NCBI RefSeq assembly: GCF_018350175.1
Contig: NC_058368.1
Span: forward strand, 177,012,001 to 177,076,000
DNA length: 64,000 bases
Origin: Felis catus
Lineage: Eukaryota
Direction of reading: 5' to 3'
A program made the translations under genes and the position numbers. Of the stretch, positions 26,088-38,526 are shown in pieces; within the stretch, counting starts at the first letter, position 1; every line of letters starts with the position of its first letter. The notes beneath the pieces were generated by a model. The model saw only the letters and a list, made by a program, of their open reading frames with translations, was not told where the DNA came from and did no database searches.

Positions 26088-27300
26088 TGGAGTGGAATTG
26101 CTGGATCATATGGTAATGCTATGTTTAACATTTTGAGGAATTGCCACACTGTTTTCTAAAGTGCCTGCGAAATTTTACATTCCCACTATCATTGTACGAG
26201 GGTTTCAGTTTGTCAGTATCCTTGCCAACACTGATTATTGTGCATCTTTTTTTTTTTTTTTAAATTTTTTTTTTCAACGTTTATTTATTTTTGGGACAGA
26301 GAGAGACAGAGCATGAACGGGCGAGGGGCAGAGAGAGAGGGAGACACAGAAACCGAAACAGGCTCCAGGCTCTGAACCATTAGCCCAGAGCCCGACGCGG
26401 GGCTCGAACTCACGGACCGCGAGATCGTGACCTGGCTGAAGTTGGACGCTTAACCGACTGCGCCACCCAGGCGCCCCAGCATCTTTTTGATTCTAGGCAT
26501 CCTAGCCTCTATGAAGTGGTATTTTATTGTAGTTTTGACGGACATTTCGCTAAAGACCAATGACAGTCAGCACCTTTTCATATATGTATTTGGCCATATG
26601 TTTCCCTTTTTTGGGAGAAACATTTATTCAAATCCTTTGTCCATCTTTTTAAGTTTATTTATTTATTTTGAGAGAGACAGACAGAGAGAGAGAGATTGTG
26701 AGTGTGCCTGTGTGAGTGGTGGGGTTGGGGAGAGAGAGAATCCCAAGCAGGCCCCACACTGTCAGCACAGAGCCCAACACAAGGCTGGATCCCATGATCT
26801 CTGGGATCATGACCTGAGCCGAGATCAAGGAGTTGGACTCTCAACCCACTGAGCCACCCAGGCGCCCCCTTTGTCCATTTTTAAATTGGGTTATTTGTCC
26901 TTTAAAATTTTTTTTAAGTTTATTTATTTTGAGAGCTAGAGAGAGTGAGGGAGGGACGGAAAGAGAGAGAATCCCAAGCAGGCTCCGCACTGCCCGCACA
27001 GAACCCGACGCAGGGTTTGAACCCCAAACAGTGAGATCATGACCAGAGCTGAAGTCAGACGCTTAACTGACAGAGCCACCCAGGTGCCCCATATTTGTCC
27101 TTTTATTGTTGAGTTGTAAGAGTTCTTTATATAGTCTGAACACTAGTCTTTTATCAAAATACATGATTCTCACGGTTTTCCCCATTCTGTGGGTTGTCTT
27201 TTCACTTTCCTGATCATGCCCTTGGATGTGCAAAAGCTTTTATTGTTGATGAAGTCCATTGTGTTTGGTTTTTGTTGCTTGTGATTTTGGTGTCATTTCC
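22770..27300 (-). mobile_element. Nested old L1 cluster with ORF2 remnants (24370-26010), interrupted by 8 antisense Can-SINEs (23188-23415, ~23800-24044, 24050-24245, 24254-24366, 24479-24691, 26247-26477, 26646-26868, 26908-27090)
   Basis: ORF 25768..26109(-) gives [50 protein letters not shown], which is L1 ORF2p. SINE TSDs include tgtagcaagtttt, gcatcttttt and cctttgtccat. Confidence 0.88.
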
Positions 27301-27506
27301 AAACACCCCATCTGGACTAATCCCTGTCTCCTTGACATGCGTTCAAAGGTCCTCAAAGCATGGCACCATAAAGAGGATAAAAGAAATCATAATTCTTCCA
27401 GTTTGCTCCTAAGATTTCTCTACTGCCATCTTGCACTATGTGTTTGCTAGAGGGAGGAGGGGTGTGGCCCCAAGGTCCAGGCCTCTTGCTCTTTTGCAAA
27501 TTTCTG

Positions 27507-27697
27507 TAGAGCAGTGGTTCTCAAAGGATGGTCAGGGGACTGGGGGCAGCAACCCTCAGGCATTTGTTGGAAATGCGGATTCTTGGACCCACCCCAGCCC
27601 TACTGAATCAGAAACTCTGGGTTAGGGCCCAGTGACCTTGTTTTTAATAACCTCTCCAGGTGATTCTGTTGCACGCTAAAGTTTAAAGACTACTGGC
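27507..27697. mobile_element. MER5A hAT fossil
   Basis: cagtggttctcaaa...ctactgaatcagaaactctggg...ctccaggtgattctg...gctaaagtttaaagactactg. Confidence 0.85.
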
Positions 27698-27819
27698 ATA
27701 GTGTTTCTAGCTGGTACCACCTAGAGATTACTGGGGAAATCTTATTTGCCCCATGAGATGGCATCCTTGTCCTCCTCTCTCACTGTTCTAATTCATCCTC
27801 ATCATCTCTTGCCAAATGT

Positions 27820-28500
27820 GAGATCAGATGCTTTTGGTAACAAGTAACAGAGAATCTCAAACTAGCCTAAACGACAAAAGAAATTAATGCATATTTTATT
27901 TGAAAAGTCTGGAGGAGGGGCGCCTGGGTGGCGCAGTCAGTTAAGCGTCCGACTTCAGCCAGGTCACAATCTCGCGGTCCGTGAGTTCGAGCCCCGCGTC
28001 GGGCTCTGGGCTGATGGCTCAGAGCCTGGAGCCTGTTTCCGATTCTGTGTCTCCCTCTCTCTCTGCTCCTCCCCTGTTCATGCTCTGTCTCTCTCTGTCC
28101 CAAAAATAAATAAATGTTGAAAAAAAAAAAAAAAGAAAAGAAAAGTCTGGAGGAAGGTCAGGTTTAAGGGGGATTTTGAGCAGGACTTAGATTCTCTTTG
28201 TCCTCCTCTTTGTAATAGGTTTGTCTTCACATTGGCTTCCCTCATGGTTGCAAGATGGCTGCTTGCAACCATCAGGGCTTTGTGTTTCCTTATGGCTCCA
28301 GAGGAGATATCATGGCTTCCCACACCATCAAGCAGAGCTCAGGGCTTGGTTGTGATTAGACCAGCCCTGAATCAGCCCACAGGGCAAGAGGCAGAGAATT
28401 TCCCTGATTGGCTTAGGCCTCCTCTCCCCACTGGGGATGAGATGAGTCCCACCCAGTTTTCGTGGCTGTTTCACAAAGGGGAAGGAAAGAATGCTCTGTG
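27820..28500. mobile_element. MLT1 (MaLR) solo LTR remnant split by a young + strand Can-SINE (27917-28139)
   Basis: caagtaacagagaatctcaaactagcctaaac, catggttgcaagatggctgct, ctgattggcttaggcct; SINE TSD gaaaagtctggagga. Confidence 0.7.
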
Positions 28501-29868
28501 TGCAGGGGGAAGACATCCATGATGCCCTGGGCACCGGGACCCATAAAATGGCCTTTTTACTATTTGCGCCAGCCAAATCCACTGTTCCTCTGCTTTCCTA
28601 CCCTTTAGAGATACCATGTCCAGAGGGATCCTCTAAAGCAGAAACTGTCTATAACACCCCTTATTAAAACCCTCTGGTGCCTTTCTCCAGACAGATATAC
28701 ACAGCTCTCAGGGTAAAGTTCATACTTGGAGATGTTTGAATTCTAGTTCCAGTTGGCCTTTGTGGCCCGCTCTCTTCTCACCCTTTTGAACCCCTTGGAA
28801 CATTCCTCCCTTCTCCCCTTCCTACTCTTCCTTGCTGTTCTGCCTCTGCAGTTGCTGTATTTTACCTGGAATGTCTTTGTCCTTCCTCATTAGGCAAAAT
28901 TGCCCTTCAAAACCCAGCTCTTCTCTGGGAAGCCCTCCATAGTTACAGGCTTCTAGGTAACACAGTCACCATGTGCCTGTACTGGCCTCTGCCTTGGGGC
29001 AGGGATGTGTCTGGTTCCTCCTGGTTCCCTGGTCCCCAGGCTTGTTATAGACTAGGAGCTCAGATAGTGTTTGTTGATTAAATACTACATTTATGGCCCT
29101 GCTGCGCCTAGCAATGTGGAGCCCTTGCAATGTGGAGCCCTTGGTAGAGTTGTGGATGGATTAAACTGATCACAAACCTCACTTCTCCTGGTCCTGAGAA
29201 ATCCTAGAGCCACAAGTGGCTTGCTGCTCTCAAGGGAGTGTGAAGGATGAGCCTCTGATGGGTTCAAGTTGTTGGTCCTTGGTACTTAGAGCTGGATTTG
29301 GGGCTTGGTAAGGGCTTAGAGGCCTTCAGTTCTGCACCGCAGAATCCTTGATCCTAAGGAGCCTTCTTTCATCCCAGGACACCGTGGACACAGGCCTGCT
29401 TTAATTGTGGACAGCCACAGATAACTTCCTCCTCCTTCAGAGGAATCGATGCATCTACAGCCAGGGGTTATTTTAGGCCTGTTCTTCCCATTAAAAACAA
29501 AGTATTTCTAATATTTTTATACATATTTGTTGAATAAAATTTGGAAAATATTTAAGTATAGACCACCTGTAATCCTTCCCTGAGCATTGATGTATGTACC
29601 TCCATTCTATCTTCTAAGCATGCATATTTCGTAACTTCGAAAGGTATTAAGATAATTATTTTATTTTTGCTCTGTTATTTTTATTAATTGAGATTATTTT
29701 GTTAACTAAACCCCACGCATTTCAGTAGAAGTCCCCTACAGCCCTGCCAGTGACAAGGTGAAAGGTAGAACGTTAAGACACATGGAATGGAACCTAGTAA
29801 GAACTATCATGAAAGGGACTTTTTTTCTTTCCCCCATCCCATCAGGGCACTAAGATGTGAAATTTTTA

Positions 29869-30097
29869 TTTATTTATTTATTAAAACAATTTTTTAAAAT
29901 GTTTATTTATTTTTGAGACAGAGAGAGGCAGAGCTTGAGCAGGGGAGGGGCAGAGAGAGAGGGAGACAGAATCCGAAGCAGGCTCCAGGCTCTGAGCTGT
30001 CGGCACAGAGCCCAACGTGGGGCTCAAACCGATGAACTGTGAGATCATGACTTGAGCCAAAGTCAGACGCTTAACCAACTGAGTGACCCGGGCTCCC
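29869..30097 (-). mobile_element. Can-SINE
   Basis: Perfect 18-bp TSD taagatgtgaaattttta. Confidence 0.95.
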
Positions 30098-31081
30098 TAA
30101 GATGTGAAATTTTTAAAACCAATTGGGGGTAAAAACACTTTCAAAAAAAAAAAGAAAAAGGAAGAAAAACCAAACCCTATTTTGCCACATGTGAGGGTAT
30201 AGTCAGGTGGTATTTACACAAAGGTTAATGGAATATCACTCTAACACATGTGTGATTAATACCAAGGAGCGTTGTTTCTTCAGACTTCTGCAGGATGATT
30301 ATCTTTTAAAAACATTTCATTGGGGTCCATATACAAACTGTGGAATGTTGCGGGTTTAATCTCGGTATAGAACCAAAAAAGTCGGTACATTTTTTTTCCC
30401 GGGAATAGAACCAAAGCTAAGCTCAGAACTTTCCAGCAGCTAGAGCAATCAATCAATCAATCAGTACATTTTAAAAAATTACAAAAGGGAAGTGCATGGG
30501 GTCACGGAGCTCTTGAATTGCAGAAGAGGAAGCAAACCGGATCGGCGGAATGGTCAAGCTTTCCTAGTGCCGAGCTCTGGAGAGGATGGGGGGGTCTTGT
30601 GTAAGGGGATTGTGTAAGGGACAAGTTCACTGACAGATGCAGGAACTGCCTGGGTTTGGCCACTTCTCATACTGACTGTTGGTAATAACAGAGGGTGTGC
30701 TGATAGACTTAGTTCTAGGAAGGCACAGATTTGTAGGGAGCCTGAATAAGGTGGTGTAGGTGTGATACTTGCTGGCGGGTTTTGTTTGCTAGAGGTTCAA
30801 CGAGAACATGTTAATCGGTGTGGCTTTGCTACTGGGCTTTCGCGTTGAGAATCTCCTTTAACTGCCTTGACTTTGGAGGTGGAGGTGGTTAGTGCCATTT
30901 TATAGATGAAATTGAGGCTCGGGGAGATGAAGTGACTTACTCAAGGTCACATAGCCAGTTAAGCTGCACCATCAGTACCGGAACTCAAGTTCACCACCTT
31001 TCAGCTGCACCCTTAGAGAAGGGGGCAGTGCCTGAGCCTGTCCTGCATGCACTGTGTGGGAGGCTGGGCCTGTTGTTTTGT

Positions 31082-31294
31082 TTTGTTTTAAATTTTTTTT
31101 TTAACGTTTACTTATTTTTGAGACAGAGAGAGACAGAGCATGAACCGGGGAGGGTCAGAGAGAGAGGGAGACACGGAATCTGAAACAGGCTCCAGGCTCT
31201 GAGCTGTCAGCACAGAGCCTGACGCGGGGCTCGAACTCACGGACCGCGAGATCATGACCTGAGCCGAAGTCGGCCGCTTAACCGGCTGAGCCAT
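31082..31294 (-). mobile_element. Can-SINE, slightly 5'-truncated
   Basis: TSD tgggcctgttgttttgt; lacks the GGGGCGCCTGGG start. Confidence 0.93.
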
Positions 31295-33622
31295 GGGCCT
31301 GTTGTTTTGTAAACACCACCTCATCCAATCCTTAGGGTAGCTCTGGGTGGTCCTTAGTATTACCCGAGCCACACAGATAGTAAGGGGTGCAGAGGCAGAG
31401 CTGCGGCTCCTAACCTGGGTTTGGTGGGGGGACTTCAGGGTGTGCAAAAATTCAGTAGAATTGCATGCAGTCCCCTGTTCCTGTTTGCATTTTTCTGAAT
31501 GAGAGGAGAGGATACCTTTCATGGAGTCTCAAGAGAAAAAATCTCAGACCTTTGAGCTCAAGGAAGGAGCCATAGTAACAGTTCATACTGACTGAGCCCC
31601 AGCCCGGTGCCTGCCACCCGGCAAGGCCTGGTGACCTGTCATTCCTGCGGCGGTCGGGTGAGCAGCAACCGGGCTGCTCAGATAGTAAGCGGTTTTGCAC
31701 GATGACAAGGTTTGCTTCTCGTGGCTGGGCTTTTCCTAGCAATTAGTAGGATTTTTTGTCCTTCTGTGGAGCTGAGAATTATTAAAAGCCAGAACGATCT
31801 GCTGCTGTGCAAGAGGTCAGTGCCTGTGTCCAGGCCACCTTTGTTCCCCGGCCCCAGGGGAACAAGTCTGGTTGGGGAGCGGTTGGTGAAATGAAGCAGT
31901 GAATGAAGGAACGAGTGGAAGAAAGAAGTACCTCTTTCTCACTGTTCTGGGTTGCAAGACATTAATTCATCTCTGATGGCTGTTATTCAGGGTCACTGTA
32001 GTGTTGGAAGTCCTGGGGCGGTGCAGGCCAAGCACCATCGGAGTGACCCTAGGGGCTTCAGGGGCCATGTCCTTCCTCCCTGGCGGGAGGTGGTGTGCAA
32101 GCTGGCGGTGTCCCCTTACAAGGCTCTCTCCCCCAGCACGGAGCCTCCCACAGCATGGAGCAGGCCTGTCTCCTGCTCAGGGCCAAGCTAGGAGGGCCAG
32201 CACTGTCTTGCTACCCCCAGCATCTGGGACCTCTGGCCCCCTGCCTGCTCTGGTTTCTTGCATCCAGGTGTGGCTTGTCCCCCGAAAATATAGCCCAGTG
32301 GGGGGGGGGGGGCAGTTAAGTGCAGTGGCATCAACAAGCCCCATCTTCCAGCTGAGAAAATGTGCTCTGTTGAAGTGACCTGCCCACGGCTGCAGCTAGT
32401 GAACGGCGGGCCTGGGACCTGGGTCCAGCCACGGATCACCGCATCCTTACATTTACATGGCCAGGAAGCCTCTGGAAGGTCTGCCACAAGCTGGAGACTC
32501 ATGGAAACAGTGAGGCCACTCCTCCCTCCTCTGACTGGAGAGCTGCTCTGGCCCAGAGGATTATGGCGGAGGTTTTCTTTCCCCTCGGGGGGAATGACTG
32601 GCCCCAGGGCACGGCGCCTGCCTCTGCCCAGCTAGGTTGGAGGGACTTTACGACACACGCTGGGCCAGGAGCTGGAAGCGGTGAGGAGATTCCGGGAACG
32701 GCTGCTCGAGTTTGTGACGCTTCCCCCTTCCCCACCTACCTGTATCTGTAATTTCAGAGAAAAACAGCATCTTTGCACATGTGATAGGAGCCCAGTGTGG
32801 GTGAGAAAGAACAAAGATGGGAGGGCTAGAGAGGGAGGGCCTGGGTCAGCATCAGTGGCAGTCTGCACGCTCGTTGTCCTTCTCCAGCCCCTGCGCTGAG
32901 CTGGGAGCCAGCCCTGGAAGGCCTGGGTCTGGTTGTTCTCCTGGGCCCCGTCCCTGCTGGGTGTGTGATGAACGCATGAATGCATGCATGCAAGAATGAC
33001 CTGGGGCGTTAGAAAACCTTTCTGGTGCAGGACCTGCCACTTAAGAATCTGGCCTCGCTCAGTCCCATCCCCTTCCCGGGCCTGGGTTTCTACACCTGGG
33101 CTGGTCTTCAAGGCCCTGACGTTCTGTTGCAAGCCAGCGAGGGCCCTGGCCTCTGAGAGATGGAGAGAGGCGCGAGATAGGTGCCAGGATTCCGTGAGGA
33201 CTTGGCCGGCTTGTATGTGGGCGATGGTGTCCTTTGAGCTTCCTGGCTGTGGGGCCTAGGAAGTAGAGCAGCTGGCAGGTGGGGACAAGGGAGGAGGGCA
33301 GGCTGGAGGAGAAGGGAGGGTGCAGGCGGGGGGCAAAAGGCCATTGGCTACCGTTGTGGGTTTCCGTGGCAACTTTTTTTTTTCCCCCCTGAAAAATGAA
33401 CTGGCCAGGGACCCCTCTGGGTTTCAGAGCCTCCTGTGAGGGTTGGGGTCAGATCAGAGGGGGTGGTGCAGACTGGACAGGCCCTGGGGCAGGATGAGGA
33501 GAGGCCAGGGAGCGGGGGCAGTGGGTGCCGGCTGATCCTGCTGGGGCCGGGTCCCGAGGTGCTCCCCATCCCATGGGCTGTGCACCCCTGCTAACTCTTA
33601 CTTTGCCTTGTGTTTTCTGCAG

Positions 33623-33671
33623 ATCATGATCGAGTTCTGTCCTGGGGGAGCTGTGGATGCCATCATGCTGG
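33623..33671 (+). CDS. STK10: STK10 exon 3 (49 nt, phase 0-1): IMIEFCPGGAVDAIML(E), the kinase hinge
   Basis: Acceptor tgttttctgcag|ATC with a ctaac branch-like motif upstream; donor CTGG|gtgagt. In frame with exon 2. Confidence 0.97.
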
Positions 33672-34019
33672 GTGAGTGTCCCTTGACCCAGTGCAGTGGT
33701 GCTGGGGTGGGCTTGAGGGCTCTAGTCCAGGACTGGTGTTCCGCACTCCCCTGCCCCAGCAGTTCATGTGGCCTGTTTGAGTACTTTTATGCTCTGTCCC
33801 CTTTTGGGAATGGGGTTGGGTTCTTGGAGGGAATGCAGGGTGCTCGTTAGAAAACCAACACTTCCTATTCAAAAAGCCATGTGTCCTTGAGCTGGTCACT
33901 CATCCCCTCCAGCCTTGTTGGCCGTAAGATGGGTGAGGCCTTCTTTGCCTCACCCCACAGCACCCTGAGGAGGTGAAAATGAGACACCTAAGGGAGATTC
34001 TTTGAAGAGTGGGAATTCT

Positions 34020-34186
34020 GGGGCACCTGGGTGGCTCAGCCTGGTAAGCCTCTGACTTCGGCTCAGGTCATGATCTCGCGGTTCGTGGGTTCGAGTTCCA
34101 CGTCGGGCTCTGTGCTGACAGCTCGGAGCCTGAAGCCTGCTGCAGATTCTGTGTCTCCCTCTCTCTCTGCCCCTCCCCTGCTTGTG

Positions 34187-34234
<48 letters not shown>

Positions 34235-34306
34235 GATAAATAAACATTAAAAAAATGTTTACAGAGGGGCACCTGGGTAGCTCAGTCCGTTGCACATCTG
34301 ACTTCC
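34020..34306 (+). mobile_element. Can-SINE (34020-34256) followed by a 40-nt SINE head fragment (34267-34306)
   Basis: A second ggggcacctgggtagctcag head ends abruptly. Confidence 0.88.
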
Positions 34307-34779
34307 TGACCAGATTGACACTTAGAGGGGTTAAGGAGCTGTCCCAGAGTCCCACAGCAGGGCTGAGACAGGAGCCTGGCTCTTGCTGGCTTGGTGGGCA
34401 GTGAGTAAGGAGAGGCTGAGGGTCTGGGGCCCCAGAGCATTGATAGGCAGGCCTAGGATTTTGCGGTGGCTCAGGAGAGGGGAGGTTTTCAGTACAATGT
34501 AGCACTATTCAGCCACTCTCTTACTATGAGGAAGGTATTTTCCCCCTGAGTTTATCTCAGGAATGTTGAATTTGTGGCGGCCCTTTCTGGAAATACAGAA
34601 ATGCTGGCCTTCCTTGCAGAGCCCCTTACCACACTCCCAGAGTTGTCAGATGGGTAAATGATGGATGGGAGTACGTATGATGCGGACTTTGGGTGTTCCC
34701 TCTCTCAGCAGAGACTGCCTTTGAAGATTTTCATCGTTCTGGGTAGAATTTAACAAAATAAAAATGGTGGTCTTGTAGG

Positions 34780-35290
34780 AGTTGAGACTCTCTAGGTTAT
34801 AAGGCGATCAGAGGACTCTTTAAATTGGTTTAGGGGGAAAAAAAGGTGGGAGATATGGGAGGGAGAATTTATTGGCACAAATAACTAAAAAGTTCAAGGG
34901 TGGCCAGCTTCAGGCACAGCTTGATCTAGGAGTTTTTGTTTTGCTTTGTTTTGTTTTGTTTTCAAGTTCTCAAAAAACATGGTTTCCTACTCCAACTCTT
35001 GGCCCCACTTTATTCTGTGTTGGTCCCATTCTCATACTGGCTTTCTGTTTATGGTGACAAGGTGGCTGTAGGAGCTCCAGCAATCATATCTGTATTCCGA
35101 ACAGCAAGATAGAAGAAGGGAGGGTAGGACAACTCCACAAACACACTTTCCACTTTTTTAAGGAGACATTACAGAAGCCCCATATGATACCTCCATTTAC
35201 ATCTCATTGGCCAGAACATAATAGCACACAGCTAGAAGGGAGGCTGGGAAATGTGGTCTTCTAACGGGTGGCCATGTGTTCAGATACTCA
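34780..35290. mobile_element. MLT1-type LTR remnants
   Basis: cagcttcaggcacagcttgatctagg, acatctcattggccagaac, gggaggctgggaaatgtggtctt. Confidence 0.6.
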
Positions 35291-35589
35291 CAAAGAAGGG
35301 GGGGAATGGGAGCCATCTACCGGCTCCTGCTACTCCAGGCATGCAGCTTAGCTCCTGTGGGGGGAGAATGTCAGAGATGGAAAAGACATTTACACATACC
35401 TTGCACTTACTGGGTCCTTGACCTCATTCATAGCTGGGGCAGGACCCCAGGCTGTGGCTTAGCCTGCAGGCAGACTCACTCTCTGGCTGCTCTCTCAGTT
35501 CTCCTGCTCCAGTCCCAGGTGGTTTTCTTCTTGTTGGTGGCAGCAGTTAAAGGAGCATTGCCATTGCCATCGGCATCCCAAGTGGGTTT

Positions 35590-36308
35590 TGTGTTTTTTT
35601 TGTTTGTTTTTTTTGAGAGAGTGAGCAGGGGAGGGGCAGAAGGAGAGGGAAAGAGAGAATCTTTTTTGTTTGTTTGTTTGTTTTTTTTTCAACGTTTATT
35701 TATTTTTGGGACAGAGAGAGAGCATGAACGGGGGAGGGGCAGAGAGAGAGGGAGACACAGAATCGGAAACAGGCTCCAGGCTCCGAGCCATCAAGCCCAG
35801 AGCCCGACGCGGGGCTCGAACTCACGGACCGCGAGATCGTGACCTGGCTGAAGTCGGACGCTTAACCGACTGCACCACCCAGGCGCCCCTTTTTTTTGTT
35901 TTTAATGTTTGTTTATTTTTGAGAGAGAGTGAGACAGTGTGAGTTGGGGAGGGGCGGAGAGAGAGGGAGATACTGAATCCGAAGCAGGCTCCAGGCTCTG
36001 AGCTGTCAGCACACAGCCCGACGCGGGGCTCCAAGCCACAAACCGTGAGATCATGACCTGAGTCGAAGTTGGATGCTCAATGACTGAGCCACCCAGACCC
36101 CCCTAATGTTTGTTTGTTTTTGAGAGAGAGAGGGAGAATTAGAGAGAGCATGTGTGTAGGAGGGGCAGAGAGAGAGAGGGAGGGAGAGAATCCCAAGCAG
36201 GCTTTGCGTTAATAGCAGAGAACCCAACGTGGGGCTCAAACCCGTGAATTGTGAGATCATGACCTAAGCCAAAGTCAGATGCTGAACCGGCTGAGTCACC
36301 CAGGCGCC
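35590..36308 (-). mobile_element. Cluster of four tandem or nested antisense Can-SINEs
   Basis: Four T-rich tails with (GA)n tracts; heads end at ~35889, ~36103 and ~36308. Confidence 0.9.
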
Positions 36309-36829
36309 TCACCATCAGCATTCAAGAAATTAGGGTGAGAGAAGAGAAGGTGGGATGGGGAGAGCTGACCAGGTGAGAACTGGTTGCAGCTGTGTGACGA
36401 GGGGTGGGCTCTCCCACAGACGCCGACCCTGCTTAGAGGCACTTTCCGTCCTCGGCATCTCCCCATCGCCCTGCAGAGTTGCATAGAGTGACGAGCCTGG
36501 ACCTGGGGTCCAAGGGACCTGAGGTCTGTTTCTAGGTTCCTCTGTGGGGTAGCTGTGGGGTGCTCGGCTGGCCCCTTTGCGAGATGGGGGGAATATGCAG
36601 AGCGTGTCACTGTATGGCCAGGCTGGTTACTTAACACCCAGTGTTTGCTCTGATCCAGTTGGCCTTGCCTTGTCGGCTCTTCAACGTTTGGCTCTCAGCC
36701 CTCCTGCGGAGGAGAGGGGGTGGAGTGGGACTAGCTGTGGTTTCAAACAGACGTAGGACTCATCTGCAGTGTTGCAGATTTTTTTAATCTGAAGAAAATA
36801 TTCATGTATTGCTGTGTAATCAAAAATTA

Positions 36830-37110
36830 ATCTCAAGAATTTATCATACTGTATGATTCCAATTACATGACGTTCTAAAAAAGGCAAGACTGGGGACAGA
36901 AATCAAAGTAATGATTTCTCCAGCTCATGGGCTGGAGACGTGGGGCTGAAATGTTGATCACACACGGGTTCGGGGGAGTGATCGAAACATTCTGCATCTA
37001 ATTCGTGGTGGTGGTCACGTGACTATATACGTTTGCCAAAACTCATAGAATTGTACACCTAAACAAAAATGAATTTTACCGTTGATAAATTTTATCTACA
37101 TAAGGCATAT
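36830..37110 (+). mobile_element. Old L1 (L1MC/ME-like) 3' fragment
   Basis: catactgtatgattccaattacatga...gccaaaactcatagaattgtacacctaaa. Confidence 0.7.
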
Positions 37111-37225
37111 CTACCTGGTTGGGTCATTGTGAAGATTAACTGAAAGAATGCATCCAAGTCCCTAACACTGGGCCTCATATGTTGGTAAAACCTCAGAAAA
37201 TGATGGCCGTGAGATCTCCACCACC

Positions 37226-37260
37226 ATCATCAACATCATCATCATCATCATCATCATCAC
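37226..37260. repeat. (CAT)n microsatellite
   Basis: Read directly. Confidence 0.9.
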
Positions 37261-38484
37261 TTTGCTTGTTCTGATTTCATTTATGTAAATAAATCAGGCA
37301 CAAGAGGTCACAGTTTGACCTTTAAAAAAAATGGCCACAGATAATCCAGCATAATCTCAGGACCAGCCTAACAGTAATCGCCTTTTATTGGCCGTCCTTT
37401 GTGCTGAGAAGTGAACGTGCTTTATCGCCGGGGCCCCGCCTACGTCCATTCCCATCATCCCATTTTACAGATTGGGAGATGAAGGCTCAGACGGATGGAG
37501 CGCCTTTGAGAAACCACATAGCTAGCAAGGGGCAGCACCTGGGTTCAGGCTCAGTCTGCGTGGTCCTGGTGTTCCCCCAGGCTCTAACCCTGTCCGTGGA
37601 TGGCAGGACATGGGAGTTAAGGCTGAGGCCACAGGGAGGGATAGTGGTTGTGGATCCCGGAGAAGGACCCCTGGTCTGGGGCCAGGCTTCCCAGGGCATT
37701 GCTGCTGGCTCTGGCATGTGTTTTTTTTCTTTTGTTATTTTTTTTGTTATTTTTTTTTTTTTTTACCAAGCCTGTGGGATCTGTCCTTCAGGATTTCTGG
37801 CCACGCGCGGCCAGGGAAAACAGATGGGAGAGGACTGCCCTGATTGGAGGGAGGCCTGGGAGCAGTGCCCTGGCCGGCCAGCCCTGGAACCTGCAGCCGG
37901 AGGACCCAGCAGGCAGGGCGGTGGGAGCTCCCTGCAGCACAGGTGGCCTGGTGGCCACAAGAACTAAATAATCCCGCTGGCCAGTGGGGCAGTGAGCACA
38001 GGACGTTGACCTTGAATCTTCTCACGCCCTTCCCCCCCTACACCCACTCAGTCCCACTTTCTGTCGTTCCCACCTCCCTGACCCGTTGAGTCGAGAATGC
38101 TTCCTCTTCGAAGCCTTGGCCGCCTTCTTGTCCTGCACCGCCACGATGGCCCGCCACCGAGCTGCCTGCAAGCTCCTCACTCACCCCACGAGGGAGACTT
38201 TTTTAAATGCAAAAATCAGACGGTCTCTGCCTTGCTTCGAGCCTCTCCTGGACTGCCCATCGCATTTCAAATAAAGTGCAACCCTCATAGATGGCCTGCA
38301 AGGTCCTGCAAAATCAGGCCCTTCTGACCTCTGACCTTGATTCGCTTTCCCCTCATCCTTCCCCTTTAGTCAACAAGGGCCCTTTGCACGTGCTCTGCTC
38401 CCTGTGTGGAATGCCCTTCTTAGTGCTCCCCACCTGCTCAGAGAAGGGTCCTGCCATCTCTAAAAAGCAGACACAGGGTTGTAT

Positions 38485-38526
<42 letters not shown>

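Noticed and set aside
25768..26109. ORF with L1 ORF2p similarity as an active retroelement or domesticated gene
   Set aside because: It is a short, internally deleted fragment fused to a (TG)n tract; the rest of ORF2 is disrupted.
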